Shown: positions 1 through 15,024 of the stretch, piece after piece
Layout: every line of letters begins with the position of its first letter
Position numbering within the stretch: position 1 is the first letter of the stretch
Origin: Chrysomallon squamiferum
Taxonomy: Eukaryota > Animalia > Mollusca
Direction of reading: 5' to 3'
DNA: 64,000 nucleotides
Assembly (NCBI GenBank): GCA_012295275.1
Contig: CM022677.1
Span: forward strand, 21,390,001 to 21,454,000
The notes under the pieces: model-generated
Databases searched by the model: none
What the model saw: the letters and a program-made list of their open reading frames with translations, nothing else
What the model was told of the DNA's origin: nothing
Made by a program: the position numbers and the translations under genes

Positions 1-299
1 CTGTTCCTATTACTTCTACTGTTACTACTACTATCAATACTGTTGTTGTTGTTGGTGGTGTTTGTTTGTTTCTCTCTCGCTTTAACCTGCTTAAGAAATA
101 TTTGTTACAATATACACGCATTTAACCATTAACTTACAAAACTTTCTACATTAACCCAGAATTTAGGAAACTAACATATGGCACAAAACGACACGTAGAC
201 GATTTAAACCCTTAAAAAAACTCGACTTTGAAAAGCTATCACCAAGCTTTTGAAAGCGAGAAGCGCAGACTGCACATTCAAGTACTCGAACCAGCAGAC

Positions 300-475
300 G
301 TACACAGCCGCCATTTTGAAATTAATCAACGTCTCCTGTGCTCGAAAGATAAGAAAAACAAACATCTGGGATGTGCTTGGAGAACACGATATTTAAGGCT
401 CTCCTTTCATATGACATTCCTGACACAGACGTAGGTCAGTGTCCGAGTGATCAAGTACGCCGCCAGATGGCAGGT
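300..475. promoter_or_regulatory. Putative promoter/insulator region (YY1-like and CTCF-like motifs), probably for a gene running off the left edge
   Basis: GCCGCCATTTTG (YY1 consensus) at 307-318 and CCGCCAGATGGCAG (CTCF core-like) at 460-473 lie in a locally CpG-rich unique segment. A minus-strand GTAAGT donor is at 132-137. Confidence 0.35.
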
Positions 476-1680
476 CGCGATCCTCCGGGCAGGAGAAGAT
501 AACTGAGGGGCTTTGTCACAATAATGAGATAAAAGTATTTTGACTCTTTTCATCTGTGTGTGTGTGTGGGGGGGGTTTGTGTGTGTGTGTGTGTTTGTGT
601 GTTGTCTGTGTGTTTGTTAGAGTTTTTATGTGTATGATGTTGTGTAGCTGTGTGTTATGTTTCTGTCAGTCTGTTAGTGTGAATGTTAGTGTGTATTGAT
701 GTGTGTTAGTGTGTGTATGGATTGCTGTGTTAATGCCTGTGTGGTATTTGTGAATGTGTATGTATGTCTATGTGTGTTTGCTAATATGTATATTCTATGT
801 ATGTATGTCTACGTATACATGATGGTTAGTGTGTGTGCGTGAGTGTGGTTGTGTGTGTGTGTGTGAGATCGCGCGCGCGTGCCCAGATCTGTTAAAGAAA
901 GTGTACGTTTGCTTTTGTTTGTATTTTTAAATTAATTTAATTTAATTTTTATTTATTTGTTTATTTATTTCTTACGTATGCTTTAATGACTGTTCTACGT
1001 GTATTTGTTTTAATGTGTCTGTCTGTTCGTGGAAACAGTTACGTGTTTGTGTGTGCATCTGTGTGTCTGTCAGTGTTTGTGTGCGAGTATTTCGTATCAT
1101 ACTCAATGACAGTTTGGCTTCCAGCACGCATACAAACATTTTACATCATCTACAACGTCTCCATATCAGCTTACAACACCGTCAAATAAATTTAAAAACA
1201 AACGTTGTAACGAAAGATTTTATCAAAACAAATTCCGGCTTTTTGACAGCCACCCTGAAATTGACTCTAACCTGTCACCGTATTTACATTACCTCGGTTT
1301 GACTTTCAAGTCTGTTTGTCTTACATCCAACCTTATTTAGCTGCGCACCAATGCATAAATTACCGTCCAGATTAGTTCTGTGTATTTGTGTGGGTAGTGG
1401 GTTGGTGGTGGTGGGTATTATGTTTCGGAAGAATTGTATCTGTAATTGATCGTGGGAAGTGTGTTTGATATGACTGCAAAAATACAAGAAAGAAAAGGAT
1501 GGAAGAACAAAAAGAAAGAAAGAAAAAGAAAGAAAGAAAGAAAGAAAGAATGAAATAAAGAAAAAAAGAACAAGGAAATTTATGTGAATAATTAATTTAA
1601 AGATGAAAGAACAAATGAGTGGGTGAATAAAAATTCAAAATAAAAGTGATAATAATAATGTCAGCAACGGCAGCAGCAGC

Positions 1681-1781
<101 letters not shown>

Positions 1782-2042
1782 CAATAAAAATTAGAAAGAA
1801 AGGAAAGAATTATGGACTGAAGTAAAGAAATGTATCAAATTTTTTAAAATTTACGATGTAGTCTTATTTATTTCGAATTTCCTTGACACGATCTTGTCTT
1901 TGCCAGAGTTCGAGTGATTTCGTTCACGTTCTAGACAAGTGAACATTATTTTGCAATAACAACAAATGTTTTTGTTGTTTTACTTCAAAAACAAACACAA
2001 ATACTTAAGCCCATCCATCAACACTCTGTCACAACATTTGTG

Positions 2043-2079
<37 letters not shown>

Positions 2080-2137
2080 ACTGCTCAGAAGAAAGCAAAA
2101 GTAAAAATACGAGACTGTAACACATAGACAGACAGAC

Positions 2138-2227
<90 letters not shown>

Positions 2228-2497
2228 AGAGACTGAAGACAAAATGGAAGAAATAAAGAATAAAAGCCAATAAAATACAAAATAAAAGAGACAGAGAGAT
2301 AGAGAACAGAAAATAAGGTAGAATGAACAGAGTAGAAGAATAAGCGATACAGAAAAAAGAATAAACAGAGAAAGAAAGAAAGAAAGAAAGAAAGAAAATT
2401 AAATATAAGAAAAAAAAAAAAAAAAAAAAAAAAAAGAAAAAAAGCTCTTACAAAAGAAACAATTCAAAAATGAGAGACATCAAAGGACCAACAAATA

Positions 2498-2531
<34 letters not shown>

Positions 2532-2747
2532 GAAAGGATAATGCAGCAAAACATAAAGATGTGTAATTTATTTTTAATCTCTACCCCCCACCCCGCCCAT
2601 CCACGTCAGTGATTCAACGTCGATAATAAGATGTGAACTTCGGCGTTCTCCGTATTATAATTCAAACACGTTCACCAGTCCTGACATCTGGATCAAAATC
2701 GATATGCGAAATGCACGCGGCATTTCCCGCCATTGTATCTTTCGCGG

Positions 2748-2779
<32 letters not shown>

Positions 2780-3004
2780 ACTAAGAGACATATCCGCGAA
2801 GAAAGTTATTGAATATTTTTTAGCAGACGATCGCTTAAGGCGTCTTCTTACAGATTAACTCTTTCAAACGATTTCTAAAACATGAAGGAAAGTTCAAAAT
2901 AAAAAAAAAGTCTTGTTTTTTTATAGGATTTATTGTTATTATTATTACTACTACTACTATCATTACTATTATTATTACTACTACTACTACGTCATATATA
3001 AATA

Positions 3005-3075
3005 TGAATGAATGAATGAATGTTTAACGACACCCCAGCATAAAAAAAAAAAAAAAAAAAGCTATTGGGTGTTAA
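3005..3075. mobile_element. Short fragment of a possible interspersed SINE-like repeat
   Basis: (GAAT)n-GTTTAACGACACCCCAGCA...GCTATTGGGTGT resembles, from recollection only, the end of an abundant gastropod interspersed repeat. It is single-copy in this window, so unverified. Confidence 0.3.
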
Positions 3076-3740
3076 AAATTTAAATATACCAAAATGGTGA
3101 ATATAAACAGAAACATACGTACTAGTAATAGTTGTAGTTATAGTAGCATTACTACAAATAATGGCACAATAATAGTAACAGTAAGTACTAGAATCTGTAG
3201 TAGTAATAGTACTAATAATAGTAGTACGTGTGTTTGTATGTGTGTGTGTGTGAAAATTATACATACAAAATGGTGGGAACGAAATTTCGTAAAATAATTA
3301 TCATCTATCACTGTCCAGCTAAATAAGACAATTTGTCAGTTTATAACGTTTTATGTCCTTCTTTCTCATACAGAATATAATCTTTTTCAGCAGATCTAGT
3401 CACTAACACAAACGGTAACCATAATCTTTCTGACACCAGCTCATGTCAATTTCTGGCTGCGTTCTAGAATATTCATTCCTACATCTGCGACCGATATCAA
3501 AACGCAGACACAGCGCTCGGAGTGTGTTATATAACTGGTAATTCACAGCACACTGTTAATAACACTGATATGCAAACACCAAGCGAGCCGGGTAATACAG
3601 GTCAGAGAACGTCAACAGTTTCGGACACAATAAAAGTTGCCAAAAATGTCTCGACCTTCTTAAACATTTATAAAACTGATTTTTGAAATATTGGAAAATG
3701 TCCCGTTCCTTCCAGTTACTTTTAACTGGTGTATCGAAAG

Positions 3741-3872
<132 letters not shown>

Positions 3873-4599
3873 CATAAATTTATCTGTACAATATTCTGTC
3901 AAAACACCAAATTTAAACAATTTTCAAACCAGACAACGAACTCTTCTAAAAACAAGAATGAAATAACCGCGACTACAGTCTACGTTACATCTCTCACATT
4001 ATGTTGGGAGTGTCTTATTTTAGAACTAATTATTTATAATTACACGAAGTTCCTAGTTTTCCCAGACTTGCAGTCGGGCTGGGCTGTAGGTCAAACAAAT
4101 AATAATTTGATTGATAACAGAGAAGCTTATTACTTACATCAGGGGCGGTTCAGAATAACGTAAACACGCGGGGTGGGGTGGGGCGCTTTACAAATGGAGG
4201 ACACTGAACATTCAAGATTTAATTAGAATAAGGAAAATGTAGAAGAAGAAAAAGAAGAAGAAAAAGAAGAAGAAGAAGATGAAGAACGTTTATGAGCAAA
4301 ATCGGAGAGGAAATGGATTCATTTCTCATTATCGTCTGCTTGCTGTTCGAAATTAGATCACAGTTGAAAACAGGACGTTCCGGGTTTACTCATGCGGCAG
4401 TTAACATAAATCCTGTTCTGTTTATTTTATTAGTTATTTTGTAATTACGACGACGACGACAATTACTGCTACTGCTACTGCTACTACTGTTGCTACTACT
4501 GCTCACGTTAATACTATTATTAATGCTAACTAAAATTTAAGAACTGATAAAATATATGTATAGTATTTATTTATTTATTAAATATTATTATGACTCTAG

Positions 4600-4660
<61 letters not shown>

Positions 4661-7188
4661 TAGTAGTAGCAGAAGTAGCAGCAGCAGTAGTAGCAGTAAC
4701 AGTATATATATATATATATCATTTGTTTACAGAGACATTCCATTTTCAAAGTTTAAAACTGTTGATACAATTTAATACAAGAAATGTGCGAATGTGCATG
4801 AATGCTGCCATTTTCTCTTTTTTGTTTCAACAAAGCCTATTTGTGACGTCATTATAATTACATATGAAACAAATAGAAAATATTGATGCACTTTTAAATT
4901 TGCCAATATTGGGGAACAAAAAAATAATAATAAATAAATATTTTTTTTAAAGTAACTTTCAATCATTTTTATTTCTTTGACTTAATTAATCAAATATAGA
5001 CAGACAGACAGACAGACAGACAGAGGCTTATATAAGAATAAATTGTTGCTAATGGAAACAGCTAAAGGGAATTTTCATATTAATACAGGGGGAGATAAAA
5101 AGACAACCAGAGTTACAAACATACCGAGAGATGGACAGACGCAGAGAAAATGAATTGCACCGCACGCAGAGAAAATAAGAAAATTAAATAACTGTACTTA
5201 CGTCGAGCCATTGAAAAATAGTCTTCTTTTCTTTTTAAAACAAATCTTGTGATGTCGCAATTTTTTTCTTTTTTTTTTTTTTTTTTTTTTTTATTCCCTT
5301 TTTCTTCTTCTTTACCTCAGAATCGACAAGATACAAACTCCATAACTAAAATGACACAACGGTTATTCATCCAGTAAGCCAAAACCATCGCATTTGTTTA
5401 CATCAAGCACGTGCAATGAATGACTTAACCCTTGCAAGTGAATAATCAGAACCAAATGTACAGCGTTATCAAATATCCGCAACGTTTTAACATCGGACCA
5501 GGGGAAACAACTCGCTTGGGACGTTATTCGTTTCAGGCCCGAAGTGCTCGTAATAAGAATCGACGATTTTCATTGGTGATTAGCGAAGCGTATCAAAACA
5601 TGACCTCAGTTTTACGAGGCAGACGAGTTTTGAAAAAAAGATAAAAATGATGCTGTCGTAGGAGCTATTTTTTTTTTTTTTTTGCATATCGATTTATGTT
5701 CATGATTATTATTTTCTTTTTTTAAACCATTCTGCAGATGGCGTGAAAATTATAAATAATAATGGTCTTTAAAGAGTATAAAATATATTATATTTATAAA
5801 CGTGACCTCAAACGGATTATTTCAGTGGTGGGATAAGGAGTTGTCGTGGTCGATGATTCACAACAAAAGCGAGACGATGTGTAGTTATTGTAACAGCTGA
5901 CGACGTTGTTCACGTCAGTTGCCGATGTTAACAGAGTCCAATAAAAATGATGTTGTCACTGGTGAGTGCTTGAAATAAAATATTAAAATATATAAAATAT
6001 AGAGAGAGAAGGGTAGAATGAAGATTAAGAAATGGAAAGTGTATACGTTATGCATACCTCTCACACACAAAGAAGCACATACACTCACATTCACACATAC
6101 AGACATACTTAAACACACAGACAGACATACTGACACACAGAGTCATTAATACGCTTATACACGTATGTAATTACACACACAGAAACAAACGTGTACAAAT
6201 ACACGCACGACACATATTCACAGACACACAGCCACTGAATACACACAGACTGACACACATACTCTCACACACGCACACACACACACACACATACACAGAC
6301 ATGCATAGAAACACCCACACGTACAAACACAAACACACACACTCACAAACACTCACGCAGATACACAAGCACACGTAGAATCAGGAATCATTTCGTATTG
6401 CTTTGAAGACTGATGTCATCACATTCTCGTAGTACTGTTAGGTATTAATACTGTGTGTATTAATATATTAATACTGTTCCTACAACTACGACATCATTTA
6501 ATAATGATACTGTTACTATAACTACTGCTGTTGTGTACAACGTCGGTTCCAACAACTACAAGTCTGACTGCTACATCTACTGCAACTGTCACAACGTTCA
6601 CACATTCCCTGATTTACGTAGTTGGATAGTTTATCTAAATGGATATAAAATAAAACATACGTATGTCGAAGGACTTAACAGTATTGTTTAATTAATTAAT
6701 TAAACAACATTAATAACAGCAACAACAGCAACGGTAATAAAATAAATAGAGAAATAAATAATTAATATTCTATTGTTACTACAACTATTAGTATTATTGC
6801 TACTACTACTACTACTACGACTACTACTGCTACTACTACTACTTCTACTACTACTACTCTCCTACTGCTCCTACTACAACTACGAATAACAACAACAACA
6901 ACAGCAAATAATAATAATAATAATAATCATCATATATATTTGCCATGTAATATTTGTAACCATTTTATCAATACAATTATATTCCTACTAATTCTACATC
7001 TGTTATTAACAGGTTTTTTATACTACTACAACTACAGTTACTACTACCACTACCATACTACTACTACTACAACTACTACTGCTGCTACTAGTACTACTAT
7101 CCCTTCTGCAGCTGCGGCTGCTGCTACTCTACTACTACTACTGCTACTGCTACAATTACTGTATTATTCCTTTACTACTACTACAATG

Positions 7189-7245
<57 letters not shown>

Positions 7246-7714
7246 GTTATTGTTATTATTAATTTTTCCAGTGTGTTGATGTCCTTGTTGTTCAATTTAT
7301 TTATCATTATAATAACACATATTTACTATTTTAGTTTAAAAAAAAAATTAAATTAAAATTAGTCATTGAATCCGAAATTGAAACATTTGTCCGACACGAG
7401 TTATCTACCTTTACTAAACAATTCACAATGACAGAGACGATCGAATTTCACCTTTATTGCATCAAAATTGACTTAGACAGGTCGAGCTTAGTAACACGTG
7501 ACAAAAGTTGAATATACAATCAGGATTACGATGAATAGTCAACCATTTTTATGATTTCAATGAAAAGTAAGAAGAAGAAGGAGTAAAAGAAGAAATGTTT
7601 ATTTTAACGAAGGAATCAGATCTGTATTAATCTATAGCTGCATAGATGTTGTATATAGTGTTTAAGATGATTTAGTTAAGGAGAGAGAAAACATTACATA
7701 TTATATATCGTCTG

Positions 7715-7754
<40 letters not shown>

Positions 7755-8778
7755 TAGGTGTGAGACAATGTTTGGAACGTAACAAGAATTGATGAAACCT
7801 CTGTATCTGAAGCTATCAGCGTGACAACAGATTTAACGATAAAACAGTCTTATTTTATAATTTGAAACACACGTACAGAAAACTTGCTCTATTATTAAAT
7901 AGTACGCTTCAGGCTGGGTCTATCTTAATAGCAAACAAGAAATAGTTTTGTGAGTGTGTGCGTGTACGTGAATCTCTGCAGATACGTATTTACGTTTGTT
8001 TGTATGCGCGTCTGCATGCACTAGTATTTCTTTGTACACGTGTGTGTGCGTGCGTGCGTGCGTGTTTACATGCTCAGCGCTGTAAGACTGAAGACGAATT
8101 TACAGACATACGGACAAATGGACAGACATACAGTTAATTTTTAATTACAGCATTAAAGTAAATACGACAAGTTATTTTTGTATTATAATTTTATTCCATA
8201 TTATTGTTAATATATAAAATTGTAGACAAAAACATTATTACAAAAACAAGAAACATTATTACTGTACTGTTTCTGTTGTTATTGTTATTACTGTAGTTTT
8301 ATTACTGTTATTATTTCTATTACTGTTTTTCTTGTTATCGTTATTATTAGTTATTATTATAGTTGTTCTTGCTGCTATTACAATTATTATTATTATTGTT
8401 GTTGTTGTTGTTGTTGTTGTTGCTATTGTTGTCATCCTCCGTCGTTGTCCTTATTATTCTTGTTCTTGCTGATGCTGTTGTTGTTTATTTTTGTTGTATT
8501 TGTTTGTTTGTTTGTTTTTTTTTGTTTTTTTTTGTTATCGTCATCATCATCAATATGGTCCTTCTCATCATCATCATGATAATCATCATAATTATCATCA
8601 TCATCATCAGTAACTCTATATGTAAAAAAAAAAAAAAAAAAAATCTAATTTGATCCGAGTTGTTGGTTCTGGTGGAAAGGTAAGGAAGATAAGCTGGTGG
8701 TCGGGTGGTGGTGGTGGGAGGGAGGGGAGGGCCGCTGGGGGAGGGGGAGGGTGTTCAGGAGGGAGGGAGTGGTCGTCG

Positions 8779-10642
8779 TCATCGCAGCTCGTGGTAGCAC
8801 TGGAAAGCCGAGGTAGTACCAGCAGCTGCCGAACACGTCCCAGACGTAGAGCTGGAGGTCGACGGGGGGGCTGCGCAGCTCGCGCTCGCGGCGGGTGAAC
8901 ATGGCGAAGAGGACCTGCTGGTCGGTGTTGCTCAGCGACATGTCCAGGTAGCGCACGACGGCGGCGCGGTAGGCGCGCGCGAACAGCACCAGCAGCGGCG
9001 CGCGCCCCACCACCACCCCGCCCCCGACCCACACCTTGTCCGCGCGGAAGATCTCCTCGGGCGTCTCCGTCAGCGTCCGGTGCTGCATCTGGTTGACGGC
9101 GATTCTCGACCGGTCGAAGCCGGCCGGCAGCGTCATGCGGAAGTGACGTCGGCGCTCCGTGATGTGCCGGAAGAAGCCGACGTCGAGCCACATGGCGTAC
9201 GGCGTCCGGACGTGGCGCTTCGCCACCGCGTCCTCCACGCATGCGTACTTGGCGTTCTGCGAGCACGAGTACTCGGCGAGCACGGTGTTCGGGTAGAACT
9301 TGGGATACGTCGGATCGGCGTAGATCTCGCGCGTGCGGTTCAGCAGCCGGAACGCCCACAGCTCGCGCCTCTCCACGCGCACCACCTTCGTCATGCGCGG
9401 GCCCAGGTGCGCGCGGATGCTGGCGAACATGAGGCCGAAGTCGTCGCTGTCGGTGTAGAGGACGACGGGGTTGTGCATGTAGCGGTAGACGGAGGCCCAC
9501 TTGCGATACTTCCGCGGCCCGAACACGTTGTCCCTGCTGCCCTTGATGAAGCTGCCCAGGTTGAAGTACGCCGTCACCACCGTCAGGTTCTGAGTCTCGT
9601 TCCCGGTGCCGTCGTACTGCAGGAAGCTGTTGAGCGGCATCATGTCGTTCATGCAGAGCGGATCCTGGAATAAATAAGTAAATACATAAATAAATAAATA
9701 AAATATAAATAAATAAATAAATAAATAAATAAACAAATAAATAAATAAATAAATATATAAACAAATAAATATATAAATAAATAAATAAAAATATAAATAA
9801 ATAAATAAATAAACAAATAAATAAATAACTAAACAAACAAACAAACAAACAAATAAACAAACAAACAAACAAACAAACAAATAAATAAATAAATAAACAA
9901 ACAAATAAATAAATAAATACATTTTTAAAAAATAAAACATAAATAAAAAAAATAAAAAAAAAATAAATAAATACATTTTAAAAAATAAAAATAAATAAAA
10001 AAAATAAAAAAAAATAATTAAATACATTTTTAAAAATTAAAAAAATAAATAAATAAACAAATACAAATATAAATAAGTCAATAAGTGAAGTAAGTAAGTA
10101 ATAAGAAAGGAAGGAAGGAAGGAGGAAAGAAACAAGTAACAAATATTTAAATAAATGTAAATTAAATAAATAAAACTAAAAAAATTTATTAAAAAATAAA
10201 TGAAAATAACAAATAACAAATAAACAATTAAATAGAATAAAACAAATAAAAAGTAACAAATAAATAAATAAGTAAATATTTAAATAAATAAATAAATAAT
10301 TAAATAAATTAATAAATAAAGTAAACAAACAAACAAACAAAAAAGTTATGAAAACAAATAACTGCAGTTACTTCAAACTGTCACACTAATGTTAAATCTA
10401 ACTAGAAACTAGTAGTAGTAACTTAGTTATTTACTAATTTATTTGTTTGTTTGTTTGTTCACTTACTTATTATTCATTCATTTTATTACTAACATACTTG
10501 CATTCATTCTCATTTATTTTACTACAGTAAAAAAAAATAAATAAATATTTGTGGAAGTAGTAGTAATAACAGTAGTAGTAGTAGTACTAGCAGTACAGGT
10601 AGCAACAGCAATAGCAGTATTAGTGGTAGAAGTAGTAGTGAT

Positions 10643-10674
<32 letters not shown>

Positions 10675-11132
10675 ACAGTGGTAGCTGATTAGTAGTAGTG
10701 GTTGTGGTAGTAGTAGTTGCAGTAGTAGTAACAGTGGTAGCTGATTAGTAGTAGTGGTTGTGGTAGTAGAAGTTGCAGTAGTAGTATTAGTATTAGAAGA
10801 AGTGGTAATACTAATAGTAATAGTAGTGGTAGTAGTAGTGTTATTGTTGTAGATGTAACAGTGGTAGTAGTATATTAGTAGTAGTAAGTAGTAACAGTGG
10901 TAGTAGTAGTAGTAGTAGTAGTAGAGTAAGCAGCAGACATAATAGTAATAGTAATGACAGAGGTTGTTGTAGTAGTGTAACACAGCTAGTGATAGGTTTT
11001 GTAGGAGTAACAAGCTAAATTATTAGTAAGACTAGTGCTAGTATTAATAGTGGTAATTATATGAGCAGGAGTAAAGTAGTAGTAGTAGTAGTAGTAGTAG
11101 CAGCAGTAGTAGCAGTAGTAATAGCAGTAGTA

Positions 11133-11178
<46 letters not shown>

Positions 11179-11401
11179 CAGCAGCAGCAGTAGTAGTAGC
11201 AGTGATAGTGACTGTAGTAATGGTAACAGTATTAGTGATATTAGTACTGGTAGCAGGTAATGATAGTGGTAGTGATAGTAGCAGTAATTGTAGACGTGGT
11301 TGCTGCAGTATTACCATGTCGATGACGAGGTACATCGTGTAGAACAAGATGAAAACGGTGATGAACATGCACAGGCTTTTACTATATCGTCTGAACACCA
11401 T
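8779..11401 (-). CDS. HtrL/YibB-like putative glycosyltransferase, type II membrane protein, paralogue 1 (~323 aa after correcting a 1-nt frameshift)
   Basis: Exon 11401-11315 (MVFRRYSKSLCMFITVFILFYTMYLVIDM; basic tail plus TM helix; GTAATA donor, phase 0) joins exon 9664-8779 (TTCCAG acceptor; DPLCM...). Motifs: LTVVTAYFNLG, VLYTDSD, AEYSCSQNAKY, WLDVGFFR, GGGVVVG, SNTDQQVL. Removing one A from 8804-8806 gives GFQCYHELR*, matching paralogue 2 (GYRCYREL); uncorrected, the frame reads to 8645. Confidence 0.85.
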
Positions 11402-11480
11402 TGTTTTACATATTTTCAGAACAGCCTGAAATAAAAACACTGATAAATTTAATATCTTTAAAACTGTCTTTGATCCAGTG

Positions 11481-11519
<39 letters not shown>

Positions 11520-11603
11520 CACACACACATACATACACACACATAAATAAAAATAAGAATTAAAAAAATCTACAAAACAAACAACATTCTGTGTCTGTAT
11601 ACT

Positions 11604-11647
<44 letters not shown>

Positions 11648-11693
11648 TGTAAAAATACTAATATGACCAATACTATTACCACCTCTAATATTA

Positions 11694-11748
<55 letters not shown>

Positions 11749-11941
11749 GCGTTCTTCAAGCCTGATGCAAAAATATTTAAATTTTGATGGTTTCGGTGGA
11801 TATTTAGTTATGTATAATACTTATAAATGACTTTATTTTAAAAAGGAAAAGAAACTGAAAATAAAGCAATGTGAACATAATATTTACAAAAAAATGCAGA
11901 TAAAGGAAACGAAAAAAATCAACTAAACCTTATTTCTTTAC

Positions 11942-12095
11942 CATTCGTCACCCCAGAACTGTTTTCATACATTCAGTAACTTCATAAACACAGAGACACG
12001 GATTCTTAGCAAGCTGTTACCTTAAAACAAGATTGTATCACTTCTGTGTCCGCCATTAATGCTTTCTGACGTCAAGGACATCTTATTACGTCACA
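11942..12095 (-). promoter_or_regulatory. Probable 5' UTR exon and proximal promoter of HtrL-like paralogue 1
   Basis: Minus-strand GTAAAG donor at 11941 and an acceptor at 11426 upstream of the ATG exon. CCGCCATT at 12050-12057, TGACGTCA at 12067-12074, TTACGTCA at 12086-12093. Confidence 0.4.
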
Positions 12096-12354
12096 TACTA
12101 ATAAGGGATCTCAATAAACATTTCTTTTCTGTGTATAAAAATGCATAAAAGTCAAATAAAAAAAATGAAAAAGAAAATAATAAAATATCTGTAGAATGAT
12201 AGACGGGAGATTTATTTTTTTTTTATAATTTTTAATTTTAATTTTTTTTTTTTTTTTTTTTTAGTGAAAGTTATTGTAGTAGTTGTGGATGAAGAAGTCA
12301 GGGAAATCAGTTAATGAGAAATGCCTTGTACATGATGTACAAGGTAACGAAAAC

Positions 12355-12393
<39 letters not shown>

Positions 12394-12500
12394 CCATTAT
12401 TACTAGTATTATTATTAACATTATTATTATCATCATCATCATCATTATTACTAATACTACAATTATTGTTGTGCTATTACTATTAATATTTTATTATTAA

Positions 12501-12535
<35 letters not shown>

Positions 12536-12588
12536 TTACTAATGCATCTATAACTACTACTACTTAGGCCTATACTTATTGTTATTAC

Positions 12589-12628
<40 letters not shown>

Positions 12629-12858
12629 GACAGATGTTATTTTGTAAACTATTTTTGCGAATAACTATTTTTATTACTTTATGAAACTATGACAACCTAA
12701 AATAAAAATTTAAAATGAAATAAAATAAAATAAAATAAAACAAACAAATTAACAAACTAACAACACAAAAAAAAACATGCCAAAAAGAACAACAACACAA
12801 GAACAAACAACAAATATTAATAGTACCATTTACTAATAACTATAATAATAATAATAAT

Positions 12859-12930
<72 letters not shown>

Positions 12931-13141
12931 GTCAACAACAACAGTAACCAGAACGATAGCTAATATTAAATAAATAAAATAAAACAAAACAAAACATAAC
13001 AAAACAAACAAAGATTGATATTTTTAATTTATTCTACAAGATTCTCACCGTAATTGGTCTCAATGGAGTCGCTTCCGTTTCCATGTATCCCAGTTTACAT
13101 TGCGCTATGGCCATTTTACTTATTAAATGTATTAAATTTTC

Positions 13142-13219
<78 letters not shown>

Positions 13220-13522
13220 TGATGATGAGGAGGATGATTATAATCATCATTATCTTGTTTATCCTTTTATCGCAAATAATATTTTTATTTTTCATGTCTT
13301 CAAATGTTGTTGTTTTAATCTGAGAAACACTTAAAACAATCAAAAATACATGAAAAAAGAAACATGACGAAAGAAACGAGAAGTCGATTTTTATTACATA
13401 ATTTCTTATTTTATTTTATTAAATTTTATTTTTTTATTTTTTTATTTTATATATTTTTTGTAATTTTTTAATTTTTTTAATTTTTTTATTAATTTTACCT
13501 CTCACTGAAAATCTTATTCTTA

Positions 13523-13793
13523 TTCTGAAAAAAAGAAAGAAAAAGTGTTATAATTGTTGTTGTTGTTGTTGTTTACATTGATAATGATGCTGTTGTCCTT
13601 ATTCATCTTCTTTTAAACAAACTTCCATTTCTTTCTTTTTCTTTCTTTCTTTCTTCTTCTTCTTCTTTTTTTATTATTATTATTATTATTATCATCATCT
13701 TCATCATCATTAAAACTAATTTATTATAAATACGCACACACACACATCCACGTATAAACTTTGCTTCTTGTTATTGTTAACTGGTGTTGCGGT

Positions 13794-13824
<31 letters not shown>

Positions 13825-14078
13825 TTCATTTGTACTTGAGTAAAGTAAATGATAAAATAAGTACGTATATTAGTAAATAATTAAATAAGTGATTAATAGG
13901 TAAATAAATAAACAAACAAATAAGCGAGTATGTAAACAAGTAAATAGTAAAATAGGTTAGAAAATAAATAAATGAAAATTAAATGACTGATAAAGTAAAA
14001 TACATATACGTTAAATAAATAAATAAAATAAAATAAATAAAGTGGAATAAAATAAATAACAAAACAAAACAAATAATA

Positions 14079-14147
<69 letters not shown>

Positions 14148-14261
14148 TAATAATAATAATAAAATGATGATGATAATGATAATAATAATGATAATAATAA
14201 TGATAATAATAATGATAATAATAACATTAATAATAATGATGATAATGTAATAATAATGATG

Positions 14262-14343
<82 letters not shown>

Positions 14344-14352
14344 CAATAATAA

Positions 14353-14445
<93 letters not shown>

Positions 14446-14988
14446 TAATAATAATAATAAAAACTTACAATAAAAGTAAAACTGATTGCTCGTGTACTTG
14501 TTAACCTTGCATCTCCATGGCTGCAGGAATTTGTTTCTGATGCGCTGGAAGGACATGAAGTACAAGCCAGACGTTTCGCAGCCGCAGTAGTAGTCGCTGG
14601 ACGGGTCCGTGACTTCGCATGTGGAGGTGTACACGCTGCAGTCTGTCACGAACTTTCCCGCCACCCATCGCTGAAACTGAATCGAGGCTACGCGGGATGA
14701 CGTCACGACCTCGCAGTACAGCGTGTACTTCTTGTCCGTCAGGTTAAATGTTTGTCCATGCATCCTCACTCGAACAGCTGAAGAAAAAAAACACAGATAT
14801 TATTTTTTTTTTTTTTTTTTTTTTTTCTCTTCATTATCTAATTTTTTAATTTTAGTGTTCTTTTTGTTCTGTTTCTAATTTTTTTTTTTTTCTTCCAATC
14901 TTTTTTATTTTTTTTTTCTCTACTTTATCTACGTTATATATATATATATATAATAATAATAATATTGTATTGTCTATTAAATCTGCTG

Positions 14989-15024
<36 letters not shown>

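Noticed and set aside
8645-9664. Bacterial contamination or a recent bacterial insert as the explanation for the GC-rich HtrL-like exons
   Set aside because: Both copies have canonical acceptors, a homologous upstream TM exon in the matching phase and host-type microsatellite introns.
8616-9872. Alternative-frame and antisense ORFs over paralogue 1 (418, 197, 82 and 63 aa), and similar ones over 22813-23564
   Set aside because: They are shadow ORFs caused by high GC3 of the real exon and are not conserved as proteins between the paralogues.
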